A stretch of 64,000 bases of DNA from Ophelia neglecta (Eukaryota), in contig OZ260666.1 in assembly GCA_965285935.1 (NCBI GenBank), forward strand, positions 21,452,001-21,516,000. The letters run 5' to 3'. The notes under the pieces are model-generated. The model did no database searches and had not been told where the DNA came from. It was given only the letters and a program-made list of their open reading frames with translations. Shown here one piece after another: positions 23,794 to 36,100 of the stretch. Position numbers and translations under genes: made by a program. How positions within the stretch are numbered: position 1 is the stretch's first letter; each line of letters opens with the position of its first letter.

Positions 23794-25999
23794 TAAAAAG
23801 ATGTGCCTGTCTGCAGGTGGATATTGTTCAAAGGGCTAAAGCTCAGCTCTAGGGGCTCGCAGTCCTAAGGGCACAGATAACTGAGGACTCTCCGCCCTGG
23901 GGTCTCTCAGCCCTGGTGTCACTCAGCCCGGGGTCTCTCAGTCCTGGGGTCTCTCTGCCCTGGGGTCCCTCAGCCCGGGGGTCTCTCAGCCCGGGGGTCT
24001 CTCAGCCCTGGGGTCTCTCAGCCCTGGGGTCTCTCAGCCCTGGGGTCTCTCTGCCCTGGGGTCCCTCAGCCAGGGGGTCTCTCAGCCCGGGGGTCTCTCA
24101 GCCCTGGGGTCTCTCAGCCCTGAGGTCTCTCTGCCCTGGGGTCCCTTAGCCAGGGGGTCTCTCAGCCCGGGGGTCTCTCAGCCCTGGGGTCTCTCAGCCC
24201 TGAGGTCTCTCTGCCCTGGGGTCCCTTAGCCAGGGGGTCTCTCAGCCCGGGGGTCTCTCAGCCCTGGGGTCTCTCAGCCCGGGGGTCTCTCAGCCTTGGG
24301 GTCTCTCAGCCCTTGGGTCTCTCAGCCCTGAGGTCTCTTTGCCCTGGGGTCCCTCGGCCCTGGGGTCTCTCAATCCTGGGGTCTCTCAGCCCTGGGATCT
24401 CTCAGCCCTAGGGTCTCTCAGCCCTGGGGTCTCTCAGTCCTGGGGTCTCTCAGTCCTGGGGTCTCTCAGCCCTGGGGTCTCTCAGTCCTGGGGTCTCTAA
24501 ATCCTGGGGTCTCTCAGTCCTGGGGTGTCTAAGCCCTGGGGTCTCTCAGCCCGGGGGTCTCTCAGCCCTGGGGTCTCTCAGTCCTGGGGTCTCTAAATCC
24601 TGGGGTCTCTCAGTCCTGGGGTGTCTAAGCCCTGGGGTCTCTCAGCCCGGGGGTCTCTCAGCCCTGGGGTCTCTCAGTCCTGGGGTCTCTAAATCCTGGG
24701 GTCTCTCAGTCCTGGGGTGTCTAAGCCCTGGGGTCTCTCAGCCCTGGGGTCTCTCAGTCCCGGGGACTCTCAGGCCAGTTGGTGCTGAGCCCGGAGCTAT
24801 CAGTCCTGGGGGTCTGTCATTCCGTGGAGTCTGGTGGCCCACAAAATCAGTGCTCAATCATATAGCGCTAACTAAGATTGTACTGCAACTTCTACCCCCT
24901 CCCTTTTTCCCCTCCTCCTCCCTACCCCCGCCATACCTACCTTACAGGTAATATTATTGGAAATACGAAATTATAACGTATAGGCCATGATTTGACTTCG
25001 AGAAGCGTCAACCACGTTCACATTTCATTCCGGGGCGTGGCAGGGGGGGGGGGGGGTTATCTCAGGCAGGGAAAAGTGGGAGGGGAGATGGAGCTAGGGC
25101 TTCCGGTATTTGGTTCTTTCACATAGACTTGGATGTTAACGTTTTGACTACATGATGTTATTCCAGAGGATGCACAGAAATAACAGGGCTCGAATCACCT
25201 GCCATGTTAATACGACCCCCACCCATCCGCTGTCGCTCACCCAATACCGGGTCATGCAGTGATAATCTGGGCTACTGGGTATCAAGTATTTTACTTACCT
25301 GTTGTACTATTTTCGTTTTAAATGTACCCGTAATATTAGGTTAATTTTGCAGAACTGTTCATATCAGTAATCGGTGGCTATCGCTCACTTAATAGTCGAA
25401 CATAAAGTCCAGGGTACGTTAAAATCCCTGAGTTAAAACTGTTTAGCACGTAACAGACGGCTATAGCACAGCAGCATTTGCCATGTTTACATGCTTAAAC
25501 GTTTAACTAGTCTTGCTTAGCGAGTTTATGAGTAATGGAAATTCCCTAGTTCTCGTTTCTCAGAAGTGTGTCACATGTTACTGCCTAGTAACGATAGACA
25601 CACAGGTATAAAGTACATCGTCTCTTACAACTGTATGATTATAGATCACGATATACCAAGGATAACACATCAAACCTATTTGGGAGGATAGTTTGTTTCT
25701 CCCATTCCTTACCTCGTTTAAGGGAATTGTCAATTAATCTGGTAAGTGCCTTTTTACTAGCTATATTACCACACTATATTATCTATATTATCTATATTAT
25801 ATGTCTCAATGTTATAGCGGGACACGTCATCAGCCCAGGTGATAGTCACCTGTTTTAGGTCTAGCTGACATATTACTTTAGGATGTCTGACGCTTTTAGT
25901 CTCGGGGGTTCAGATCCTGGAGGTTTTAGTAGAGGACGTTGGAAGGGGGAGGGGGGCATAACTCACGGTGCATGGAAGATCCAACATCCAGCCCACCAA

Positions 26000-26197
26000 T
26001 ATCCACCAAAATAACAAATTATATACAATCTACGGTTTAGATTACAAAGTATGTGAGCGCGCAATTCATATTTACAAAATAATTTCTCCAGCGTCCTGGG
26101 TACTATTCCACCGGAAGGGGGGTCTATATTCCAATGATTGTTTATCAAGGTCACAACGAGGGAAATATGGAACAAGATATGGAACATGACATATTAC
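26000..26197 (-). pseudogene. Cadherin-like exon relic (homologues at ~12600-12780 and ~38440-38627)
   Basis: Translation NNHWNIDPPSGGIVPRTLEKLFCKYELRAHIL resembles cadherin FxIdxxtGxIxxxxLdxExxxxYxLxvxa; cag| acceptor near 26198. Confidence 0.55.
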
Positions 26198-28056
26198 CTG
26201 TAGGGCGGTGGTAGGGAAGGGAAGGGGAGGGCAGTCGATAGGATTTGCCGTACATTATCTGCCATTGACCTGGTTGTATGAGCTAGCATGGTAGCATCAT
26301 TACTAGATTTTAGGATCATCTTAATATAATAAAATTCAATACCACGTGAGTGACTCCCATTCGTCCGTATATATACCTCTTTTTCTTCTGAATACATTGG
26401 ACATAGACAGAGAACACGATATGTAGACTTTAGTTTCTGACCTATTTAAATCAGAGAAATCAATGGCTTTTATACTATTTCTTTTCTAAGACTCAAGTCT
26501 ATGAAAAGAGCTTCCCAAACTTCCTCATCTCTATGAAGGTTCTTTACTACTTAACATTGCAATAAACGCAGCAGTTATATTCCTTGGTTGAAAGGACGAT
26601 ATAATAATATAAATTATCCTATAAGGCTGGCGTACATGCATGCTATCAGCTTAATGACACGACTAAAGGTCGGATTCCGAGCAGAACCTCGGCTAACGTG
26701 TTATCGCTTCCTAGAGTCTAGGTTTTCACTGTCTCGGGATTTGGGAAAATAAAAGCACATGCATTCAAACAAGAGGCGGAAACAGGGAGGGAAGATATTA
26801 GATGGGGTGATGAGGGTCCGGCGGGGTCGGCCGGGTTGCTATGTGGAGTTAACTATTTTCCCTATAAGGAGGTAAACTTATGGGCCATTCTATCTGTATT
26901 TGCAACCCCTCCCCCCCGCCACCAATGCCTATATGTTAATAATGACCACCCCTTATTGCTACTCGAAACAGCAGTTTCTAATTACACAGTTGACTCCCGC
27001 TCTCTGGCAGCCTCTGTTGAAAGTTGCATGGCGGTACGTGATAACTCCACGTTTCGTCTCATGCGCGAACATTGATACAACCACGTCGGGAAAATTTTAA
27101 TGCTCACCGTTTGCTCCCCCCCTCCCCCGTCCGGGCGAAAAGTATTAAAAGTTCCCGAGGGTCCCTCAGTCCAGTGGTCTCTCACTGCGGTGGTTCTCAG
27201 TCCGGTGGTCCCTCAGTCCGGTGGTCTCTCAGTCCGGGGGTCTCTCAGTCCGGGGGTCTCTCAGTCCGGTGGTTTTCAGTTCAGGGGTCTATCAGTCCGG
27301 TGTTTCTCAGTCCGGGGGTCTACCAGTCCGGGGGTATCTCAGTCCCGGGGTCTATCAATGCGAGGGTTCTCAGTCCAAGGACGTGAATTCCGGGGTTTTA
27401 AGTCCGGCGTCCTTCAGTCCGAGGGTTCTAATTCACAGTACTTTTAGTCCTGGGGTTTTCAGTCTGGGGCTCCCTCAGTCCGAGGATTCTCAGTCTGGGG
27501 ACTCACAGCCCGGAGGTGTTTGTCCCGAAGGTCCCTCAGTCCGTGGTACACTCAATCTGGGTTCTCAGTCCGGGGATTCTCAGCCTGGTAATTTTCAGTC
27601 TGCGGATCCGTCAGTTCGGGTTTCTCCAATCGGGGGGTTCGTCATCCTGGGGATCCCTCAGTCTTCAGGGTTCAGTCTTTACGTACCATATGGACTAAAA
27701 TAATTAAGGGGAGCTAAAAGAGCTTATTTTAGACCAGATTTCATTATAGACACGGTGTTTATTATAGACAGATTTGGTAAATCTCACAATCCAGTCAATT
27801 ATTATTGACCCGGCGCGTATTATAGCTCGGCTTTTACTAAAGGCCGTATTTGTCTCCAATTTAGCTCTACAATATGTAGCTCTCGTGACCTATAGGTGGT
27901 GAGTTGACTTCGAACTGTAATTATTCACATGGTAAAAGTACACCCGATAATAGAAACACATATTGGTCCCTATTGGCGGCAAATCATAGTAATGTGAAAA
28001 TATAAGCTTATTTACCTACTAAAGATCAAATTACTATTTGCAGGGAATTCATAAAA

Positions 28057-30141
28057 ATGAAGGTAACGACGACAGACTACCTGGAGTTCCACGAGAGAAT
28101 GTCTCGTCTGAGGGAGATGGAGATTGGTCTGGACGGAGTTATCTGTGCCAAGGATGGAGAAGTCAGGGTCCATCTACCATACATGGCTGCCTGTAACCAG
28201 ACTCTGTTCAACCGTATTACTGGTCTCTTGAAACAGAACAAGAAAGAACTGAACGTCAAAACCATGTCGGGTAAAGGTTTACAACTCATTGTAGATTATT
28301 GTTACTCTGGTGAGATCACAGTGTGTGAAGATAACTTTGAACACGTCATTGATGCCGCTCTGGGTCTGGAGTTCCTGGAGATAGTGCAGGAGTGTTTAAA
28401 CTTTGCCTTGAATACAGATGCCAATGCAAACATTTGGTGTCACTTCCTTCGAGCAGCTTTTAAACATCCTCGGTCTGTTCAACCAAAGGAATATGTCCCT
28501 AATTTGATTTTAGATAATATTACTAAAGTTCCCAAGGAAGCAATCATCAAAGGATTGGACGCCGCCTTCATCGGGGAGATTCTAGAACATGGGACATTGT
28601 CTGCAAATAACAGGTGTTACGCAATGAATGTCTTTCTTGAGGTAATATTAGCAGTAACCGTTGAAATTACAAATTACAAAAATACTTTCTGTCGCATGCG
28701 AGATATTGCGCAACCAGGAAATGAACTGATCATACCAAAAGAAGCCACTGGTACATCCATCATAACATTGACAGAGTTGTCACTGGAAATAAATTTTGTT
28801 GGCCTTATTAAAGCTTGTGTAGAAGGTTTGGTGAAAACATCCCCTACAGCTCAAGGTACTTCACTCGCCTTGAAGTGGACCAAGCAGTATGCTGGGTCTG
28901 AGTCTGTGACGTATCTCAACCAGTTATGTCTACATGCCTTCAAGGATCTGTCCTTGGACATTTCTGAGGATGAACTCTGCCTGATGCTGGACAGTGACTA
29001 CTTAGGACCAATGTCAGAATATGATATTTTCAAAAATGTGGTGAAATGGATCAAACACAATAATACAAGTGCTGAAACTGACTGTAGATTAGTCGGTCTG
29101 GTAAGATTTGGTCTGATGACGAAAGAAGAAATGGACGAAGTAATTGTCGAGTATGATTTACCAGGTTGTGAATCCATCTATGTATCTGCCATGAGATACC
29201 ATTTAAGGCCTGTTGACCAAAGAATAGCTATGGGAAACATAAACAAACTACGACGGAAGCGTTCAACCATTTTCATCATTGGGGGACTGGATTCAGGAAA
29301 TAATTATAACAAGAATGTTATCACGTCACAGGTTACCCATTTACAACACAACTCGTCCCTGTCTCATTTTACCTCGGTGTGTGAAACCCCGTTTGCCCTT
29401 ATGAACAGTGCATGTGCTGAGATGAATGGATTTATTTTTATTTCTGGCGGTGAAAACGAATCTGGTTGTGTTGAAACGATGTTCCGGCTGGACCCTCGTT
29501 CCCACTCATGGCTGGAACTAGAAAAGATGCAACAGAAACGGCGCTTACACACTTTGACATCAATAAACACTTCGCTTGTCGCTGTTGGAGGATGGAACCG
29601 AGAAATTGATATTGTGTGTGTAGAGATGTATGATATGACTACAATGAAATGGACACTAGGGGCCCCACTGTTGAGAGCACGTTGTCAGCATGCTGCGTCT
29701 TATGAAGACGGAGTTCTGTACATCAGTGGAGGTAGTCATTCTAAGACACTGTATAGCTACCATGACAACGTTTGGGTTGAAAAGTCTCCAATGTTGCAAG
29801 TACGTCAGATCCATGCCATGACTAGTGTGGAGGGTATGCTGATAGTTGCTGGTGGAGCTGTGTTCGTGGATGATAAATGGAATGACGTGATGTCAACAGA
29901 GTGTTATGATATAATACAAGATCAGTGGACGGAACTCTCGTCTCCTAAGTTTGCTTGCGTTATGGGTTGCTCAGTCAGGATTAATAACTGGTTTTATATC
30001 ATCGGTGGATGCAGTTATAACGACAATGCCAGGCTAGACTGTATACAAAGATATAATATTGAGGCCAATGAATGGGAAATGTGTGAGAACAGGCTACCAC
30101 ACAAAATTTGTTCTATGGTCGCATGTATGAATAATAATTGA
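28057..30141 (+). CDS. BTB-BACK-Kelch (KLHL-like) protein copy 3, 694 aa
   Basis: Uninterrupted ORF colinear with copy 2, same motifs. Confidence 0.95.
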   Translation: MKVTTTDYLEFHERMSRLREMEIGLDGVICAKDGEVRVHLPYMAACNQTLFNRITGLLKQNKKELNVKTMSGKGLQLIVDYCYSGEITVCEDNFEHVIDAALGLEFLEIVQECLNFALNTDANANIWCHFLRAAFKHPRSVQPKEYVPNLILDNITKVPKEAIIKGLDAAFIGEILEHGTLSANNRCYAMNVFLEVILAVTVEITNYKNTFCRMRDIAQPGNELIIPKEATGTSIITLTELSLEINFVGLIKACVEGLVKTSPTAQGTSLALKWTKQYAGSESVTYLNQLCLHAFKDLSLDISEDELCLMLDSDYLGPMSEYDIFKNVVKWIKHNNTSAETDCRLVGLVRFGLMTKEEMDEVIVEYDLPGCESIYVSAMRYHLRPVDQRIAMGNINKLRRKRSTIFIIGGLDSGNNYNKNVITSQVTHLQHNSSLSHFTSVCETPFALMNSACAEMNGFIFISGGENESGCVETMFRLDPRSHSWLELEKMQQKRRLHTLTSINTSLVAVGGWNREIDIVCVEMYDMTTMKWTLGAPLLRARCQHAASYEDGVLYISGGSHSKTLYSYHDNVWVEKSPMLQVRQIHAMTSVEGMLIVAGGAVFVDDKWNDVMSTECYDIIQDQWTELSSPKFACVMGCSVRINNWFYIIGGCSYNDNARLDCIQRYNIEANEWEMCENRLPHKICSMVACMNNN

Positions 30142-33100
30142 CGTATTATAGAAATATTCTAAACACTATGTGCAAGAATGCAACTATTAGTTCAAATCCA
30201 GTTTTTTTTACTATGAAATGCGATTATATGCGCTCGATATACATAAGATAAGGTTGAATTATTTATTCAGATGAAAAATCATTTCCAGGTATTTTTTAAA
30301 TAAACCCATGTTGTTAATAACACAGACGGCTGGTGTGGTCTTTCTTGGAGAGCCGGGATGGTGATTCGATTTAAATATTTTTGTTTTGCATTTCATCAGT
30401 CAATAACATATGTTTTTGTTTAAGATTTAAGTCTAATTAATAAACGTGTACAAAAAAGTTATCTGTAATTGTAATTTACTGATTTTTAGTTTCCAAACTT
30501 CGAGAACTTCACATGCTATTTTTTTCTAGTAATAGGCTCAATTGGTGACATTCATCGATGCATTATTGTTTTGTTTATGCATATAACTTGCACTTTTATA
30601 TGTACTCAAATATCTTGATAATTTCATTAAACTTGATATTAATACATTTTGTTTTTGCAGTAGATATTGTCATACTTAAAGAAATACTTGCGTTTTTCGA
30701 TATTTGTACATCAACATATATAGTCATGATAACAGTTTTTAGCTATATACATTCGATTTCCATGATATTTAATTTTCAAAAAGCTTCTTTGACTATATTT
30801 AATGACAATTTGGAAGACTATTCCCCATAGTAAATTATTTCCGTCACTTACTTGAGTACAGTATGCGTTTTGCCCCAAACATTTTCGGAAAAATGGGGGG
30901 ATATGCATTCGGCCTCGAGGTTGTCCTGGAGTCCCCCCGCCGCCCCACATCCCCCCGCCCCGCCAACGGCCCGCCGCCCCCGCCGACCCAGCCACCCACC
31001 GGATTAATTTGTTTTTGCTGTAATTAAGCAAAGCCTGAACGCCCTGAAACGGGCTGGGGAATTTTTCGGGAATACTTTTCATAAACTACTACTGCCGAAG
31101 TTACGAACTGTATTTCACCAGTTACACGTTTTAGAAAAAAAAGTATGATAGATATGGCGCCGAAATTGGCAGGGAAGAAGCGCCTATGCCTGGCCATTCA
31201 CTGATTAACCCTTGGGTGAAATAGGAAATAGTTAATGACTTGGCAACGGATTTAGAAAATGAAAGTCAAGCTTCTTTAATAGGGCAGTAAGGCCTATATT
31301 TACTCTTGGAAGGGTTTGTCATATTTGACATTGACCCACATTTTAAGGTCAAATTTATAAAATCTTAATTTCAGTCTTTATTTTAGCAGTAGGACCTAGA
31401 GGTACATTGGACACATATAAAGAACAAAATTATTCGCATTTTATCGCGTTCTCTTGTTTGACCTTGGTGTTCATTTTCACGGTCCATTTACAAAAGTGAT
31501 GATATTCAGCTTTTATGTCGGCAGTTAGAGTTTAGAAGTATATTGAGAACCTATAGGAAGCGACATTTTTCGATTCTAATCGAGTTCTCAGATTTGACCT
31601 TAGGTTTCATTAACAATGTCAAATTACAGACAATGAAGATTACAATGATGACAGCCTTTATTTTAGCAGTTAGAGTCTTAAAGTATGTTGGGAACCTATA
31701 GGAAACACACTTTTGCATCTTCGCGAGTTCTCCGCTTTGAGCTTGGCGTCCATTTCCAAGATCAAATTACCGGGATGATGATTTCCGCCATTTTCTTAGC
31801 AGCAACAGTCTAGCATTACATTGAGAACCTATATAAAACCACATTCTTTGCATCTTATAGAATTTTAGAATTTGCCTCGTTGTATATTCTTTCACAGGAG
31901 TGGACTGTCTGACAAACATGTTTCCCATACCTTTAATTGTTGATGGCATATACATTTTGTTAACCTTAACGCTGGAATCTGTTTTTACGAATGAAAGTTA
32001 AAACAAGGCTGTACACACACCGGACAAAACGGAATTGTTAATCTAGAACGTTACTTAAAAAAAACAGGAACGCGTTCAATCTAAAATAACCAGGAGCCGG
32101 CAGCTGCAAGCCCACAAATACCAGTCATCAAATTACCATGAAGAGCTGGTAATATCACTCCTCTTTATCTAATAGTTTGCATTGACTTGTGGCAGCAAAG
32201 AAACATTGATTAGTAAAGTTGAGTAGTTTTCACTGGTCTTGGACAGAATGTGTATTATTATTTGTGGAGGATGGCAAAAAGCCTCAACAGATAATAAAAA
32301 CAAGTTTTCAAAGTATGATTTCAGTAAAACATTTATTTAAACTTAAATATTCCCTTACTCGCACGTTTTTGATATATGAATTTATCTATTTTTCCTTTTT
32401 AAGTAGAGTGTGAGAACAACTAACTTGAAGAAGAACACAATAGTCAATGGACAAGGGCTTATCAGACTTTCAAGGTATTTCACAACAGGTTTTGACTAAC
32501 TTATTGTGAACAAGAATAGTAAAATGGAAACAACGTTGATTATTCCCAATTGAGCTTGTGTACATATAAAGGCAGTTTACAGCACTTCTTGCCAGTGCTT
32601 GTGTGACTGAAATATATTTCTAGTAGTTTATCTAACTTAGCTAAAAAAGAACTGACCTGATATAACATGTGTTTTAAACCAGCTATTTGCTGGTCGTTCA
32701 TCAATAGTGTTTCTGCAGGTGGTGGTTCCCATCATGCATCAAAACTGTTCACTGCTATCCATTGCAAGTGATATAAATTTTAATTAAGTATTAAAATTGA
32801 ATTCCAAGGCTTTTAACTGCTATCATGCTGGATATTTGAGTTTATGGGCCTGCTGGTGGTGGTTCCTATTGATATCTTAACGATGGTGGATCCCTGGGTA
32901 AAGCAATCAGAACACAAGGGCTAAGTGTCTTTTGCTAAAACCACGCAAAGACGCACATGATATTACAGAGACCACACGTCTCGACGTACACACCTCGTAT
33001 GCTGGGAAATTGGGAATATTGCTACCAAGCAATGGGAAGTGTTGGGAAATCAAAATAATTTTCAAAATGGCGACACTTTATTCTTCATGATTACGAACCT

Positions 33101-36100
33101 GACTTCAGTACCATAAATAATCTCGCTTTTATGAGAGAGCTTATTCCATTATAAGCTCTATGGCAGATTTAATATTTGCCTTACCTTGCTAACTGACTCG
33201 GGGACTCGCAGGGGGATATGATAGTTTGGTTCTTATAAGTAATCGGGGGCACTTACTCTGGGATCCTGCAGTGTGGGGGTCTCTAAGTGTCTCAAACTTC
33301 CCGCAGTTTCTCAGTCCGGTGGCTGCCAGGTCGGGTCCCTGACTCTAGGGGGTCCCAGCCGGGGCCTCTCAGTATGCTGGCCCTAACTCTGGGCGGGTAG
33401 GGGGAGCCCCCAGTTCGGGGGGCACTCAGTCCGGGGTCCCTGACCCTAGGGGGCTCCTAGTCCGCGTGGGTCGTGGGGCCTACAATACAGGTCATAAACA
33501 TAAACTAGGCTTTTATAACCTGTAAACTTTAATACCGGATTGTGCTGATGTTTATTTCCTAACCTAGATTGTTCCACTCCCTCTCTAGTTTCCTCTTCAC
33601 ATACATGTATTTATCTTGTGTATCAATTTGGAAAACTCAGTTGCTACTTGAAGGACAACGTACCTAAGTACGAACATTAAGATGGAATGTAATTTTATTC
33701 CCGAGATCGGCTCAGTGGGTAATTTAGTAGGGTCTTTTGCTTGAGCGGTAAGCTTTGTATAACCTTGCTGGGTTCCTTTAAATGCTGCCACAGTTGGCCT
33801 ACTCGGTGAACAGAAAGGCTCGATCTCAGTTAATGTATCTGGTTCTACAAAAATGATATCGAATGATCAAGAGCATTAAACCCTTTCCCTTGGTGACCTG
33901 CAAGAGTGCAAGTCAAACGACATTCGCCCTTGGCATTTTACTTTTATTCCTATCAGTGTCTTTCGCGTGCTGCTCGAGGTGTAGACTCGGATGTCCGACG
34001 CAAACTAACGGAGTAGTGGCACTTGTATCTGCATTGCTTTATCGATGGCCAACTTCGCTTTTAAGATATTATTGAAATGATATTTAAAGTTCCCCGTATT
34101 TCTACGATATGTAAATTGAGCCTTCTACTAAGGCATAACATTTTCCAATGACAATGTTTTGGATATTTTACTTTCGTCCGAATAGACAGTCTGTGTTAAC
34201 TAAAAGTTAAACGAAAGCAAAAAATGTTCTTTAGCCGAGGTGATTAATAAGGGGTAGCAAAATAAAGATGCAGAAACGGAAATTACGAAGTAATACCAAT
34301 CGGTATTTTCGAGGTAATGTACGTTAAACTGTTGTAAAACAAAGCAAAAATTACTAAGAACTTAATCTTATTTGCTAACTTAAAAAAATAAAGTTATTAT
34401 ATATTTTTCAAATGATGTTGAAATATTACACAATCTTTGGTTTCATAAGACAAACTCCAAACAAGTACGGATTTTGTAAAGTTCAACAGTAAATACATAA
34501 ATTTAGGTTGTGCTCACAAAAAATACTAGATTAGATGGCTACTAATAAGTGTGTAAAATGACAACACAGTTTGGGCTTGAAAAGGGGACGTAGTTTTTGC
34601 TACAGGGTGAGCGCAGCAGCAGCACCTACGTTTTGATTTGAGACATTTAGTGTGATAATCATATGATGTTAAACTGGTTTAAATCAAGATAACTAGGGAA
34701 ATATGTCTTCTCTCATTCCCGTGCTATTACTACAGTATTCTGCACTTGCACACAGTGAGTCTTTCTTGAATAAACTTTTATATCATGAATGTTTTTATTT
34801 TTTGTGATACTTTTTGTTTAAGTAAACTCTCAGTCCGGTGGTGGAAGGGATGGAGAGTCTTAGTCGGGTGGGGGGGGGGGGGGGGGGTAGGGGGAGGGGG
34901 GGCACGCAGTCCGGGAACCAGAACGAGGTTGGGGGGGGGGGGGTTATCAGGGAGCTACATTTCCTTTTACACCTGGTCACGTAGTAATTAACTAGGCCAC
35001 TGATTACCAAATATGTTATTTACATGTTATAATGTTCTCAATGATTTTAACCTGACATATTAAACTATTGTTACAATCTTTTTTTTTTTATTACTAATCT
35101 GTGGCTTTCAGTTAGTTGTCAATGCACGCGTACATTAAGATCCGCCAAGTAAATATTTTTCAGCAAGTAACACCCGGGAAAGCACAAAAAACCTTAGCAT
35201 GCTTGTTTATTTAACGAATAGAATATGCAGATAACCTTTTAAGTTTGTGAGTAATGGGATTTACCTGATTCTTGGTATTAAGTGTGTGACATGTTACTGC
35301 CTGGCAACGACAGGTAAACAGTCATAAAGTTCAAGTACGTCCCCACTTATAACATTGACTTGTAAAAGTAGCGTGTCATTCAAAATAGAGTGTAATTACG
35401 CCTTCCTTAACACGTTGGGATTTGTTTGTAATCATGTAAGTTACAATTCGTGTATCTTCCCGACAAATCTGTGTACTATATGTACTATTAGCTGACCCAT
35501 GTAGCGAGTCCATGTGTCCATCAGTCCGTGGGTTCCTCGGCCCGGGGACTCTCTGTCCAGAAGTATTTAAGTCCCCCCACCATCCTAATTCCGACTCTTA
35601 GTTCGGGTGTCTCTCAGTAAAGGGGCCTGTTGCATAAATCTTTAAGCATCTTAACGCGCTGACTTTGACGGCTAACTTTTGACTAGTTAGATAATTGGGT
35701 TAAATAAACCTAGTGGTTTAAAATTTACGGGTTTAATCGGTTAAATTCCAATCCTCAGTCCTGGGGCCTCTCAGCCCTGGGGTCTCTCAGTCCTGGGGTC
35801 TCTCAGCCCTGGGGACTCTCCGCCCTGGGGGCTCTCAGCCCTGTGGTCTCTCGGCCCTGGGGTCCCTCAGCCCTGGGGTCTCACAGCCTTGGGGTCTCTC
35901 AGTCCTGGGGTCTCTCGGCCCTTGGGTCTCTCAGTCCTGCGGCCTCTCAGCCCTGGGGGCTCTCAGTCCTGGAATCTCTCAGCCCTGGGGTCTCTCAGTC
36001 CTGGGGTCTCTCAGCCTTGGGGTCTCTCAGTCCTGGGGTCCCTCAGTCCCGGGGTCTCTCAGTCCTGGGGCCTCTCAGCCCTGGAATCTCGTAGCCCTGG

